In this document: positions 49,378 to 63,300 of the stretch, piece after piece
How the letters are laid out: each line of letters begins with the position of its first letter
Numbering within the stretch: the first letter of the stretch is position 1
Assembly: GCF_009914755.1 (NCBI RefSeq)
Contig: NC_060947.1
Reading direction: 5' to 3' (one strand)
Source: the human T2T-CHM13v2.0 reference genome, Homo sapiens
Length of the DNA stretch: 64,000 nucleotides
Position numbers and translations under genes: made by a program
The notes under the pieces: model-generated
What the model was told of the DNA's origin: nothing
Database searches by the model: none
What the model saw: only the letters and a program-made list of their open reading frames with translations

Positions 49378-50184
49378 TGATATGGTTTGGCTGTGTCCCC
49401 ACTCAAATCTCATCTTGAATTGTAGCTCCCGCAATTCCCACGTATTGTGGGAGGGACCTGGTGGGAGGTAATTGAATGATGGAGGCAGGTATTTCCTGTG
49501 CTGTTCTTGTGATAGTGAATAAGTCTCACGAGATCTGATGGTTTGATAAAGGGGAGTCTCCCTGCACAGGTCCTCTTCTCGTCAGCTGCCATGTGAGACG
49601 TGCCTTTTGCCTTCTGCCATGATTGTGAGGCCTCCCCAGCCACGTGGAACTGTGAACCCATTAAACCTTTTTTTCCTTATAAATTACCCAGTCTGAGGTA
49701 CGTCTTTATCAGGAGCGTGAAAATGGACTAATACACTAAATTGGTGTACTGGTGTAGAGTGGGGCACTGCTGAAAAAACACCCAAAAATGTGGAAGCAAC
49801 TTTGGAACTGGGTAACAGACAGAGGTTGGAACAGTTTGGAGGGCTCAGAAGAAGACAGGAAAATGTGGGAAAGTTTGGAACTTCCTAGAGACTTGTTGAA
49901 TGGCTTTGACCAAAATGCTGATAATGATATGGACAATGAAATCCAGGCTGAAGTGGTCTCAGGTGGACATGAGAAACTTGTTGAGAACTGGAGCAAAAGC
50001 GACTCTTGTTATGTTTTAGCAAAGAGACTGGTGGCATTTTGCCCCTGCCCTAGGGATTTGTGGAACTTTGAACTTGAGAGAGACGATTTAGGGTATCTGG
50101 TGGAAGAAATTTCTAAGCAGCAAAGCATTCAAGAGGTGACTTGGGTGCTGTTAAAAGCATTCAGTTTTAAAAGGGAAACAGAGC
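49378..50184 (+). mobile_element. THE1B-like LTR (49378-49735) plus truncated THE1 internal sequence
   Basis: tgatatggtttggctgtgtcccc...ggactaataca, then MaLR-int aatgtggaagcaactttggaactgggtaac. Confidence 0.92.
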
Positions 50185-50406
50185 AAAAGCAGGAGCAAGA
50201 GGGAGACAGCAAGATGCCATACTCTTTTAAACCACCAGATCTCATGAGAGATCTGCGGCAAGGACAGCACCAAGGGGATGGTGCTAAGCCATTCATGAGA
50301 AATCCACCCCCATGATCCAGTCACCTCTCACCAGGTCCCACATCCAACACTGGGGATTACAATTCAACATGAGATTTAGGCAGGGACACACTTCCAAACT
50401 ATATTA
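50185..50406 (-). mobile_element. MST-type LTR fragment
   Basis: gccattcatgagaaatccacccccatgatcc..gggacacacttccaaactatatta. Confidence 0.8.
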
Positions 50407-50409
50407 ACT

Positions 50410-51100
50410 AGCTATGCTGGCAGGGTCAAACTGCTCCCAGGCCTCCAGGCAGGGTACTCAAGCAGGGCAGCAGGGGCTATGCTGTGGTCACCCTCCTGCA
50501 GGAGCATCCACGCAGGCAGTCTTGGGAGGGGCCGGCAAGCAAAGGGGCATATGAATCAGGTGTGCCCCAATTCCGCAGCAGTAGTGGCCCTGCTCTCTGC
50601 CAGCCCGGCAGACAGCAGGAACAGCAGCCACTGACTGCAAAATGGAAAGCCTTGGAGGATAGGCAGCTATGGTCATGCTTTCCCGCAGCTGCACCACTCA
50701 GCAACCTTCTGTGCTCTGTACAGGTTCAAGTTCTGCCACTGTCTGATCTCTGGGTGGCTCCCCTTGCCAGTTCAAATCTCTATGCAGGTCGTAAAAACTC
50801 CTATGGTTGGGATCCCAGAAGTTAGCCGTGGGAGTCTGTGCCCTGGAGTTCCTTCACTCACACTTTCCTTAGGTCTCATTCATGGCCAGGGACCTGTCCT
50901 CATGCCCAGTGTCTCCAGGCAGGCTTCCCAGCTTCCTCCCTCTTCAACTATGGTGTCTGTGTCACCTCTCTATCGATTTTCAGTGATTTCTCTCAAAAGA
51001 TCTGTTCAAAGTGTGATGGTTTACTTGAAATTGTGGTTTCTCTTGGTGGAAGAGGCATTTTCCAGCCACATCCAGTAAGCCATCTTGCCCCTCTCCCACT
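50410..51100 (-). mobile_element. Old L1M 5' UTR fragment
   Basis: GC-rich; ends ...gatctgttcaaagtgtgatggtttactt...gccatcttg, the antisense of an L1 start (caagatggc). Confidence 0.65.
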
Positions 51101-51534
51101 CTGCTGAAAGCCTATCTTGAACTGGATGTTTAATGCAATATGTTTTCAGGTGTGCCAAACAAAGAGATTTAGCAAAGGCACTAAATGCCAAAATAAGAAA
51201 CGTATAGGATAATAAACTACTAATCAACAAAAACCTGATCAAAGCTGAGTCAGCAGACATCTAATTCCTTTTGAACTCATGAGTATGAAAAGTTGAGGTA
51301 GAAAAAGAGGAAAGAAACTTTGGAAACAGTTATCATTGTAGTAGGCATTTTCTTCCTCAGACTGAATCTAGGCCTCTGCTCTTCTCCTCCTCCTCTCCCC
51401 AACAAAATTATTAAACATTCCTGCTGGGGAAATGCCACATGTAGACCCAAACTGACTTTCTTAAGTGTGTGCTCCACTGAGAGTTGAGCATCAGTCATAC
51501 ATTTCTATTTAAATTTTTTTCTTTAAGAATTCTA

Positions 51535-52145
<611 letters not shown>

Positions 52146-52675
52146 TTTAAATATCTGACTGAAAAAACTTACATACAATTCTTCCATCTGCTGGGCAGAA
52201 GGTTGGCAGTGGCATACTCAGATAAGAAATCAACTGTAGTCCATACCCAGCCCAGCAACCTTGAATAGAGGGAATGGGATAGATTGAACACCTCTGCATT
52301 TGGAAGGTGGAGATCCCCACTCTACTCGACCATGTAGCTGATGGTCTTGACACATTTCCAGGCTTCCTTGGCCTCATGTGCTGGAAACACTAGGTCTTGT
52401 GCTTGGGCCAGGTCCTGAATTATAGATGAATCACAATGACTTGTTGCAGAGTCTATCCAGGTTGCTACGGTGCTGAGTTGGGCAGGACATGCCTTATCAG
52501 CTTATTGATTCCTAGAATTTTAATCTGAAAGGGTCCTAATCCATACATAGTCACATGGGCCATGAACAGGTATGCATCTTCTGAAATCGACTAATAATAT
52601 CTACCACCTCGGAGGCTGAGACTGGATAAACTAGTCATCACACCACCAGACCCTCCAGGAGTCCATCTAAATGTT

Positions 52676-53130
52676 TTTTGTTTTTTGCTTTTTTATTATT
52701 ATACTTTAAGTTCTAGGGTACATGTGCACAACGTGCAGGTTTGTTACATATGTATACATGTGCCATGCACGTGTGCTGTACCCATTAACTCCTCATTTAC
52801 ATTAGGCATATCCCCTAATGCTATCGCTCCCCCCTCCCCCCACTCCACTACAGGCCCCGGTGTGTGATGTTCCCCTTCCTGTGTCCAAGTGTTCTCATTG
52901 TTCAGTTCCCACCTATGAGTGAGAACATGCGGTGTTTGGTTTTTTGTCCTTGTGATAGTTTGCTGAGAATGATGGTTTCCAGCTTCATCCATGTCCCTAC
53001 AAAGGACATGAACTCATCATTTTTTATGGCTGCATAGTATTCCATGGTGTATATGTGCCATATTTTCTTAATCCAGTCTATCATTGTTGGACATTTGGGT
53101 TGGTTCCAAGTCTTTGCTATTGTGAATAGT
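52676..53130 (-). mobile_element. 5'-truncated L1PA
   Basis: 18-bp TSD ggagtccatctaaatgtt at 52658-52675 and 53131-53148. Confidence 0.96.
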
Positions 53131-53516
53131 GGAGTCCATCTAAATGTTAAAAGATGTATTTAAGGGATATTTTCAAGGTAAAATGCACAGCCCATACCTC
53201 CATCCCAATCATTAAGCAGAACTCCCTTTTCCATGCATAGGTACAAGCAGTTTTCTTTGGTGTTGTATACCTTCCACAGCTACTATAACTAGTCTGTCTT
53301 TAGCTCAGCAGATGTATCCATGTACTAAACCCAGGTATCCTGAGGAACCTGGGTGTCCCAAACCAGCAGAAGACAGAGTGCTGTCATGGTCCCTGCATGT
53401 CAGTCAACTGCATGTGGAGAGTGACTGGACATTTTTTCCAGCACCTCTAAGACACCATTAATGCCCAGTTTACTTCTTCAAGTTACATATCACTTCCACT
53501 TAAAAATGGATATTAT

Positions 53517-53801
53517 GGCTGGGAATGGTGGCTCACATCTATAATCTCAACACTTTGAGAGGCTGAGGCAGGAGAATTGCTTGAGCCCAGGAGTTGGAGG
53601 CTAACCTGGGCAACATGGTGAGACCCTATCTCTACAAAAAAATTTAAAAATTAGCTGGGCATGGTGGTGCATGTCTGTAGTCCCAACTACTCAGGAGGCT
53701 GAGGTGAAAGGATTGCTTGAGCCTGGGAGGTCAAGGCTGCAGTGAGCCCTGATCATGCCACTGCACTTCAACCTGGGACACAGAGCAAGACCCTGTCTCA
53801 A
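53517..53801 (+). mobile_element. AluJ
   Basis: TSD aaaaatggatatta; J-type diagnostic positions. Confidence 0.93.
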
Positions 53802-56800
53802 AAAAATGGATATTACTTGGGCAATACCTACATTATCTGAGTTCTCATTTGAGACCTGTCCCATGATAGGGAAGTTAGGCCATTACAACCCTTGCTCTTG
53901 CTTGTGACTTTTTCTATGTCCACCAGCACCTGATAACAGGCAGCAATCGTCTATCAAATGGCATACCTTGAGTGGTGATGTCAGGCAAAGGTCATGAAAA
54001 AAGAGTGCCACTGCCTTGTGGACTACAGCTTTGCCAGTCATTATATTCTGAATAACTGTCGATTACTGACACATTGTGTCAAAATGGTGGGCACTGATGA
54101 CTGGCCCAAGTGGAAAGGTGGTCTGTGCAGCTTGTTGCACAGTTTCTAAGGCATGTTGTTGGTCAAAGTGGTGCCTTTCCAATAATCTTACGTAATGGGA
54201 TGAACGGGGTCCTCTTGAGATAAGAAATTCATGTGATACTGGTCAAATATATCATATGCTATGCCACACTTGGTTTTCAGAAGGTTTAAGGCCATCAGTT
54301 TTTCTTGAACAGGCTCTGGGATTGTTATCTGGGCAGCAGCCTACATGATTCACCAGAACTATATCTGGGTGGCAGGCCACTGATTCTTGTCAGAATTAAA
54401 CTTTCGGTGCTGGTTATTCAAATTTCAGCCGTATATCTAAGACAGAAAATATGCTGTCTTTACTGCTTCCAATCAGAATACAGTCATATTTACTGGTACC
54501 AGGACTCTGGTGAGAACTCAGTCTTTTGCAGGTCTTGACCAATCCACTTGTGAGAAATCGTGTAAAGGGTTAAGTGTCTATGTGGCAGAATAGAGCTTAT
54601 TTTGCATGCTAAGCCCCCATAAAGGCTCTGATCCCCTGATTATAGTGGGATATGAAGAAAACATTAATATATCCAGCATTACATACCAGGCCCTTCAATC
54701 TGTACAATGGAGTCTGTGACCACTATGATATCTAAAACAGCAGGGGTAAGGAGGACAGGCTGCCACAAAAAGCTTGCAGTTATCCACAGTAAGGGGTCAA
54801 GCAGCACTGGTTTTTCTCACTGATCACAGGAGGCTATTGTAGTATGCTACTGTCTCTTTAAGCAACTCTGCATCTATAAGTTCCTTGATAAGTGTAGGGA
54901 TCTCTTATCACTTGGTCCCTAACATAGAATCCTACACTGCTTTATTGGTCATTATTGGCTTAGTGGAGATGTCTGTGGGGCTTAAGGTTTTTCATTTGTA
55001 TCACTACCACTGTTCTAATCATAGCATTTCCCCATCGGAAACATCCCTTACAATCAAGAGAAGAATTACACACACTTAACATAGTTATTCCCCATAATAC
55101 TCAGATATGTCATTTACAACAACTTGCATGTGTATTGGACCATAGAGGCAGAGCCATAAACTCCTATCAGTTCATAGTCCAATCTGAGAGATATTTCAAC
55201 ATTCAGAGTACATTTTTGACCATGCGTGTGGATACTTCCACTCAGCAGAGTGACTTCTGCCTCACGTCCATAATGACCGAAAAAGTTTAAAACATGTCTA
55301 CTGTCAAGTCCCCCCAATATCCTTTGACCAGTGGGTAAAGCCTTCTGGTCCAGTTAGAGAAGGTTCAGGGTCTTAAACTCTACCTTAGAACTTCTTTTAA
55401 GAGCAAGAAACGGTGGTGTTGAATGTGTTAGATAAACAGTCAGAAGAAAACAGATCTCAGAAAGATTTTCTAGGTGTTCGAGTTCCTCCTCTAAACATTA
55501 CCCAGGTGCTTATGGGCTGAGTGGCTGGAATACCGGAATGGTCAATAGGCCATTGGGTAATTTTAACTCCTTCCCCTCCAGCACAACTGATAGAGCTCCC
55601 ACATTTGCTTGTCAAGGAGGAATCCTATAGTTCATTAAAGTTTTGACCAAACTTATCCTTAATGTCCCTCCACTTCTGCTCATTGGAAAAACAGGCCTCA
55701 ATACATTTCTGTAAATGACCACCACTGATCAGCAGGGAGGAATTCATTTATGGTCAGGGCTAGTAGCCAGAGGAAAGGAGTTTTAGTTTCTCAGTGACAC
55801 AGATGGGTGCCCAATAACTACGTAATGCTTTTATTAGATTTATGTGGTCCTACCCAATTTATGTCTAGCTCAAACCACCTTTGCAACTCGGCAGGGAACT
55901 CAGGAAAATGGTGAAAGATCACTTGGCCCCATGTCACCAAAGATTTGGGCAGCATGGTCTTACAATGTGCCAGAGCTGTGAACACTAACATGTTTTCTAT
56001 TCTGTAGCTCTCTTCTGGAGGTAAATGGACAGGAAAAAGCCTTATATCTCAAAAGACCACAGAGGGGAAGAGAAACTGCCCCATAACAACCTTTCATAAG
56101 AGATAAAGAGGCAAGTGGGAGACAGCATTTGGAGCAATTCTTCACATGCCTCCCATTGTCCTGCATTTTAGAGGGATCACAAAGTGTTCTGTCGCACTCA
56201 GAAGAGCTTTGCTGAAGCTTATCCCTCTGTGGCTTATATGGATATGTTCAAGGTCACCAGGGCAAAAATGCAGAGCAATGCCCTACATGTGGTTAACACC
56301 AGGACATTCCTCCTCCTCAGACACTCATAAGTCGCATAATCATCCACGGAAGAAGCTGACACTGTCCATTACCTACCACCTGTTTCTCTGTACTCAGTTG
56401 CACGACTGGAGACCCACGATGGATTATGAAATGAGTGATAGGATGGCTGACACAAGAGCAACAGATTCCAAGAGCTGCACTCATGATCCTGACTTATTGG
56501 AACACAGATACCAATTGATTCATATAGGAAAAGAATCTGGGGCAGGAGTTGCTCCTTTTACAAGAGAAGAAGTGGGCTTCCTTGCGAGTTAACTACAATT
56601 AATTCTGCCTCCTGTCGAAGAAACACTTGTGCTCTCCATGTAGATAATGTGGACCCTGAGAAAGGTATTATGGTGGGCTTTTTTCTACCCTGAAGAGGAA
56701 GGGACAAATTTTACTTCCCCTTTTACTTCAAGCAAATGACAAGGAACTTAAGAAAGCTTGCTTTATATCCCCCTGGAACTCATAAAAACACAGGGGTAAT

Positions 56801-57209
56801 GTCTAACTCTCACAAGTGAAGTCAAAGTCTTGGGCTGGATGGGCCCCTGCCAGAAAGTACAATAAGAAGGTTAGCTTGGGAGTGAACTACAAATGTACCA
56901 CATACAGAATAAAGCCTGTGCTTTCCAATATCCACATATAGGCACTGTGAGGGTGAGTGGCCTGAGACTGTATTAAATGAAAGCACCACAAAGAGCCCTT
57001 AGAAAGAAAGGAGGGGGCACAGCAGAGAGATGGCTCACAAAATTCAAGAAGGTAGAACATTTCTAGTGGGCAGTCAAGGGAAGGCCTGATCCTGCAAGCC
57101 TGTAGTGAACAGGATATTGAATACCTTCTCAGGGAACAGACTTGTCAGAGGCTACAAACACCAGAACAATAAATGACAAATACTCCCATATTCTAAAGTA
57201 AGACGCTAA

Positions 57210-57320
57210 GGATTCGCTAATTACCCAGATTTAATCATTACATGATGTATATATGTATCAAAACATCACATTGTGCCCCATAAATGTATACAATTGTTGT
57301 GTCAATTAAAACTAAAATAC
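57210..57320 (+). mobile_element. L1MA 3' terminus fragment
   Basis: gctaattacccagatttaatcattaca..atcaaaacatcacattgtgccccataaat. Confidence 0.75.
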
Positions 57321-57386
57321 TTTTTAAGTGGAATCAAATGGATATTATTAGACCACCATCCACCACAGAGATACGAAATAATTGAT

Positions 57387-57690
57387 GCTGGGCACAGTGG
57401 CTCATGCTTATAATCCTAACACTTTGGGAAGCCAAGGCAGAAGGATTGCTTGAGCCCAGGAGCTCACGACCAGCCTGGGCAACATAGCAAGACCCTATCT
57501 CTAAAAAAAATTTTTTTTTAATTAGCTGGGTGTGGTGGCACACACCTGTAGCCCTACCTACTCAGGAGGCTGAGGCAGGAGAATCACTTGAGCCCGAGAA
57601 TTTGAGGTTTCAGTGAGCTATAATCATGCCATTGCACCCCAGCCTGGGCAACAGAGCAAGACTCTGTCTCAAAAAAATAAATAAATAAAA
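57387..57690 (+). mobile_element. AluJ
   Basis: dimer with (aaat)n tail. Confidence 0.93.
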
Positions 57691-58911
57691 GAATTGACAT
57701 GGAAGAAGCAAAAATAATTTAGGGAGAAAGTTGTCAGTGTATTCAGCATTTTATCCCCAGGGATAGGGACTGTTTCTTCCTCACTACAAATCACTCACTG
57801 ACTACAAATCAAGAGCTTCAGAAAACTTGACTGATGCCCTGGTAGGCTGGTTGAGAAACATAGAACTAATGTCTGACTCACGTCAGTAAAATTAACATGC
57901 TGGGGCTTGAAGTACCCCTAAAGAAGGGAGAGTAACAGTGTATCTTTGATTGAAAAGCAAATTCAACCTTTACAGAAGCAAGATCTTTGATTTCCAGGGT
58001 TGATATATGGACCTTGGGAAAAAGAGTGGCCTGAGAGTAACTTAAAAGATATGTCAATCAAAAAAACCTGCTGGAGAAGCAAATGACCCCAGAAGAGGTG
58101 AAGGCCATAAAAGGCCTCAAAACTGAGTGAGAACCTAGTGATCAGTCAGATAAAAGGCACTCGATGTGACAGGAACATGAAGTCTGAGGTCCCTATAGAA
58201 AAATGAAAATGTCCCCACGAGAGGCTCTGCTCAGTATTTCCTCCATATCTCAAAGCCCAATGCCCACAAAACAACTTAACCAGCTATGCAAGAATGTGCT
58301 CTTCTGGAGTCTTCCTCTTTCTGAGTTTGGCATCAATGAAAATGAACAGTGGCACAGTTGGAGAGAACATGGAAAAAAGGCAAAACCTGAGTGCCTATTT
58401 CCACCCAACACCCATGCACAAATATCACATGCAGAATTCCAATCTTTAAGCAGGCCTCAGGAGGGAGTGGAAGATAATTCCCAATATTCAAAAATTAGGA
58501 CTTTGATTATACACTGTAATCAGCTTCATAAAGATTGCAAATGGCTACAGGACATTTGGCTTCATAAGAGGAAACAAAGTCTATGGGACCTACCTGGACT
58601 TTCATCACAGACATGGGAACAACAGATCCAAGCCAGTTTGCACAGTGAAAAAGAAAATGAATAGTTTCTCTTGGAACTCATCAAAAGGAATTTGAATTAA
58701 GAAACAGTGGTGAATTTCTAATGTGAATATGCTACAAATTTATTTGACAAACTGGAATTCATAGTGAGTGCTGCAGGAGAGCAACCATCATATGCACTAC
58801 CTGATATCACAAGGCAGGAAATAGCGGCACATTTTGACTTCTCAGCTATCCACAAATATGTTTTACTAATAACGTAAGGGGCCTTCAAAATGGCAAAAGA
58901 AAAGACCTGAA

Positions 58912-59210
58912 AGCCGGGCGTGGTGGCTCACACCTGTAATCCCAGCACTTTGGGAGGCCGAGGTGGGCAGATCACTTGAGGTCAGGAGTTCAAGATCAGC
59001 CTGGCCAACATGGTAAAACCCTATCTCCACTAAAAATACAAAAACCAGCCAGGCGTGGTGGCACGTGCCTGTAGTCCCAGCTACTCGGGAGGCTGAGGCA
59101 CAAGAATCGCTTGAACCTGGGGGCAGAGGTGGCAGTGAGCCATGATCATGCCACTGCACTCTTGCCTGGATGACAGAGCGAGACTCCGTCTCAGAAAAAA
59201 AAAAAAAAAA
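58912..59210 (+). mobile_element. AluS
   Basis: dimer plus poly(A). Confidence 0.95.
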
Positions 59211-59904
59211 GACAAGACAAGGCCTGGAACATGAACATGTCACATTACAGTAGGAAGACAGAGTAAAAATGCAGAATCTGGTGTTATCCAAAATGAAGGT
59301 TTACCCATTGATTGGACTAGGTGCCTGAAGCTGCAGTGAAATCAATAACCAACAAATACCAAGTTTTTTAAGGAACCTTGAAATATACAAAACAGGCTCT
59401 ATGAGAAAACCCACAAGACTAAATACTCAGGCTTGAAAGTACAGGGACAATTGGCTTTCCCTCACTTTATCCTACCATGACCTCCTGGTAGTCTCCTACA
59501 TCTCCTTTCATCCTTTCTCTTCCAGATTCTCTTATTACTCAACCTTTCTGCTATTCTCAATCAATCTTCTGATGAATGTAAGAAAACAATGCAGTGGTTC
59601 TCTGGCTCCAATCAGGACTCCTATCCTACAGGGAAATTTCTTGGAGAAACTTGAGCACAGAGAGTCTTAATGGAATCAATTTCCCCATTCTCATCTTTTA
59701 ATTGTATGTTTTCCTAAAGAACATCAATGTATGAAGGATTCTGGAACTAAGGCAGGCCTTCCTCCATCCCCTTTCACAAAGTCTGTCAATTTACAAAAAC
59801 AAGGAGAAAATCTCACTAACTCCCATTTTGAAAGGGTGCACTGCCCAGAATGTAGACATCTGGGAGCTCCAAATGATCTGGACTCCAGGTATCAAAAGAA
59901 CTCA

Positions 59905-60075
59905 CATCAGATGGCAGAGTAGGAGACCCTAGGCATCAATCTGTCCACCAGAACAACTACTGAGCTGGCAAAATCTGTCTGGAGCATTAAATTTATAGCT
60001 CTGCAAACTAGTTGAACACTTACAGCATCAGGGGAGCATGTGATGAAGAAAAAGGCTGAAAAATGTCAGTGAAAT
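59905..60075 (+). mobile_element. Possible old L1M 5'-end fragment
   Basis: agatggcagagtaggag..gctggcaaaatctgtctg. Confidence 0.4.
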
Positions 60076-61519
60076 TTTAAGCCCCCAGAAGCTAGAGGGG
60101 CTAAATCACTGAGGAAGAGAAGTTAGACTTAGAGCTGCCCCTGTCAGAGGCACAATAAGAGGACTGGTTTAGGAGAGAACTACACTTTCACTATATGCAG
60201 GAAAAAGGAATATATTCTCCGTGGGAGATACGTGGAACCTAAGAAAAAGAGTTGCTGGTTATTTTCTCCTCACTCATGAGGGAGGGACAAAGATCAGTTG
60301 ATTCTTGCTTCAAGCAAATAACAGAGGTTCAAAAAGCTTCTCTTATGTCCCCTGAAACACATTAACCAGTGTCTCATTCTTCCAAGTGATGACAAGAATC
60401 TGGGGATGGAGCAACCCTAAAAAAAGGCACAACAAGGATGACTTGGAAAATGAACTGCAGCTCCAACATGATGGTGGGGCCATAGTAGAAATATGCTGCC
60501 ACCACAACACATGTAAACTTGAGCTCCTGCCAAGCCTAGAACTCATCACTGTGTGCCTGAAGCTCTGGCATATTACAATACAACCAAAATATTGAGTAGA
60601 AATGTGAGGGGGAAAAGTGTTTGCAAAAGAAAGGGTTACACACTGGCTGGCCCAGAATGAACAGATGGCTGAATCCAGTAGACATAAAGACTTTTCAAGA
60701 GGTCTTTAAATATGTATGTGCCTGGAGCCCCAGCATAAATTGTCAAAAAAAAATATGAGAACTGACCTCCCCACACATATGGTTGCTCAGGACCAGGTTC
60801 ACTTGGAGATGAGGCCCCTAAAACTGCTATCACCAACACAAAGTGGCAATCTCACTTCCTACTTTAGTGTGTAGAACTCCAATATGTAGTAATCCAAATG
60901 CCAGAAAGAATACAAATGCCGAGAACTAGGTTTTGCTAAATTAAATGCTACACACACTGATCACCAGAATCAAATTCATACCTGAAGCTGGAGTAAACAA
61001 ATACCAAGTTTTTTTAAGGGGACTTTGAAAAACAAAGAAGGCTCTCAGAAAACATCCACTAGCCGAGATATCTATGCTTGAAAGTTTGGCAGATAATTTT
61101 GCACTGGATATAATCCAACATAAAAATTCTGGGATCAACAGAGGCACTAAGTACAGAAAGAGCTGAAGGAAGTCAAATATATGGCAGGATTTGCATGCAT
61201 GCTAACAACACAAAGAATGAGGGGTGATGCTGACTCACCCTCACATTTGATGTAAGTAAAGTGAATAAGCTAATGGACCTGAGTATCTAAGATAAGGGTG
61301 AAAATACATATGTACAACTATTATGTATCCATAAAAATTACAAATTAAAAAACACCCTTGCCAGAGGCTCCAAAGAACAGAACAATAAATGTCAAGTACT
61401 CTGTATTCTAAAACAAGGTTCTGAGACATCTCACCAAAAACTTGACCTAAACTGATTCTACTAGATTAGCCCATCACATACCTCTGTAATATAAAAAGTT
61501 GTGTTGAAAGAGAAGGAAA

Positions 61520-63300
61520 AGAATTTTGAAAGGAGTTGTCTCTGTGGTAGACATTTTCTTCTCCATCCTGACTCTGGGCCTCCTCTATCCTCTCCTCAAC
61601 TTCTTGCTTTGTTATTCTCTCAATGTCACTAACTAGAAGTCATTTCTCAATGGTGGTATATCAGGTGGCAGTTTTAGGCAAGGACCACATACGAATCCCA
61701 AAGTGGCCACAACATTTTACCACAGTTCCTGTGAGCATTAATATTCATTGCTAAAACTTTCTTTCAAAACGTGACTGACTGGCCTGAGTGAAACAATGGT
61801 CTGTACAGCTTGACAGATAATATCAAAGGCAGGTTGTTGGTCAACTCAAATGACTTTTGAGTAATCTTATATAATGAGCTGAGCAGGATCCCCACATGAG
61901 GTATAAAGTCAACTCAATACGCTCAAGCTTATCATGTGCTCTCTCAAATTTGTTTTTCTGGTGTTTTTAAGGCCATCAGTTTTTCTTGAGCAGACTCAAG
62001 GAGTATACTCTGGGCATCAATTCACATGTTTCATCAGAACTTTATCTGGGTTCTGGCTACTGGGTCTTGTCAGGGTTATTAATCTTCCAGTGCTGGTTAC
62101 TCAGATATTGGACCATCTATCTACCACAGACAATATGCTGTCCTTAGTGCTTCCAATCAGAATGATGCCAGTCATATAATGGGACCAGGACACCTCTGGT
62201 GAGAATTCAGTCTTTCCTAGGACTCGGCCTATCCACCAGTGAGAAATCATGGGAAAGTTTAGGTCACACTGGGGCAGCAAGGTGAATACATGTTGTAATC
62301 AGATCCCCAAGAAGCTAATTAGACTTTCAACACACAATGGGATCTGAAAAAAACATTGGTATGTCCACTATTGCAGACCAAGCCATTCATTCTGCACATG
62401 ACCATGAACATTACAATATCTGGAAGTAAAGGAACAAGGAGGACTACTGCTACATTGAGCTCATGGCAAAAAGACAGTGAGGTTTCAGTTACTATATTGG
62501 TTTTTTGATTAGTTAAGGGTCCTTCTTTCACATGTCCCACCTCCCACCCCAACTCAGTATCTGATATGGTTTGGCTGTGTCCCCACCCAAATCTCAACTT
62601 GAATTGTAGCTCCCAGAATTCCCACATGTTGTGGGAGGGACCCAGGTGAAGTAATTGAATCATGGGGGCTGGTCTTTCCCGTGCTATTCTCATGATAGTG
62701 GATAAGTCTCACGAGATCTGATGGGTTTATCAAGGGTTTCCGCTTTTGCTGCTTCTTCATTTTTCTCTTGCTGCCGCCATATAAGAGGTGCCTTTTGCCT
62801 CCCGCCATGATTCTGAGGCCTCCTCAGCCATGTGGAACTGTAAGTCCAATTAAAACTTTTTTTTCTTTCCAGTCTCAGGTGTGTCTTTATCAGCAGTGGG
62901 AAAATGGACTAATACAGTATCTTAAACTGCTTTAACAATGCCTCTAGGCTGGGAATCCTGGTGGGTTCCCAGTTGTATTAATGCCCCACTACCACTATTC
63001 TATTGTGGCATTTCCCCATTGAGAACATCTCTTACAAACAAGGACATCCCTTACAAACAAGAAAATATTTAACACAACTCTTCCCACAGCACATTCAGCA
63101 GTATCAATTACAACAACTTGCCTGTCTATTTGACCAGGGGAGCCCACCCATAAACTCTCATTAGTCCATAGTCCAATCTGAGAGGCATGTACACATCCAA
63201 CGTAAATTTCATTTTTGCTTACAAAAAAGTATTAGAACTGGCAAATATGCCCTAAATCTTGCTGGGGATCACAAGTCTCCCTTGCTGGAGGGCATCAAAG
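61520..63300 (-). pseudogene. ERV-L-like pro-pol copy 5 (most of RNase H/IN deleted)
   Basis: *NLTVFCHELN, QHVFTLLPQ, WSHYMTGIILIG (~62152-62190), protease-region anchor at ~63008. Confidence 0.8.
62562..62916 (+). mobile_element. THE1A solo LTR
   Basis: tgatatggtttggc...ggactaataca; 5-bp TSD gtatc. Confidence 0.95.

Noticed and set aside
49788-50315. 175-aa ORF
   Set aside because: Chimera of THE1 internal sequence and an antisense MST LTR; no evidence of a host gene.
50477-51107. GC-rich ORF cluster as an exon or CpG promoter
   Set aside because: Better explained as an old L1 5' UTR; CpG-poor.
58866-59291. Alu-derived ORFs (also at 96, 7109, 12275, 45279, 48681, 51595)
   Set aside because: Typical Alu translations.
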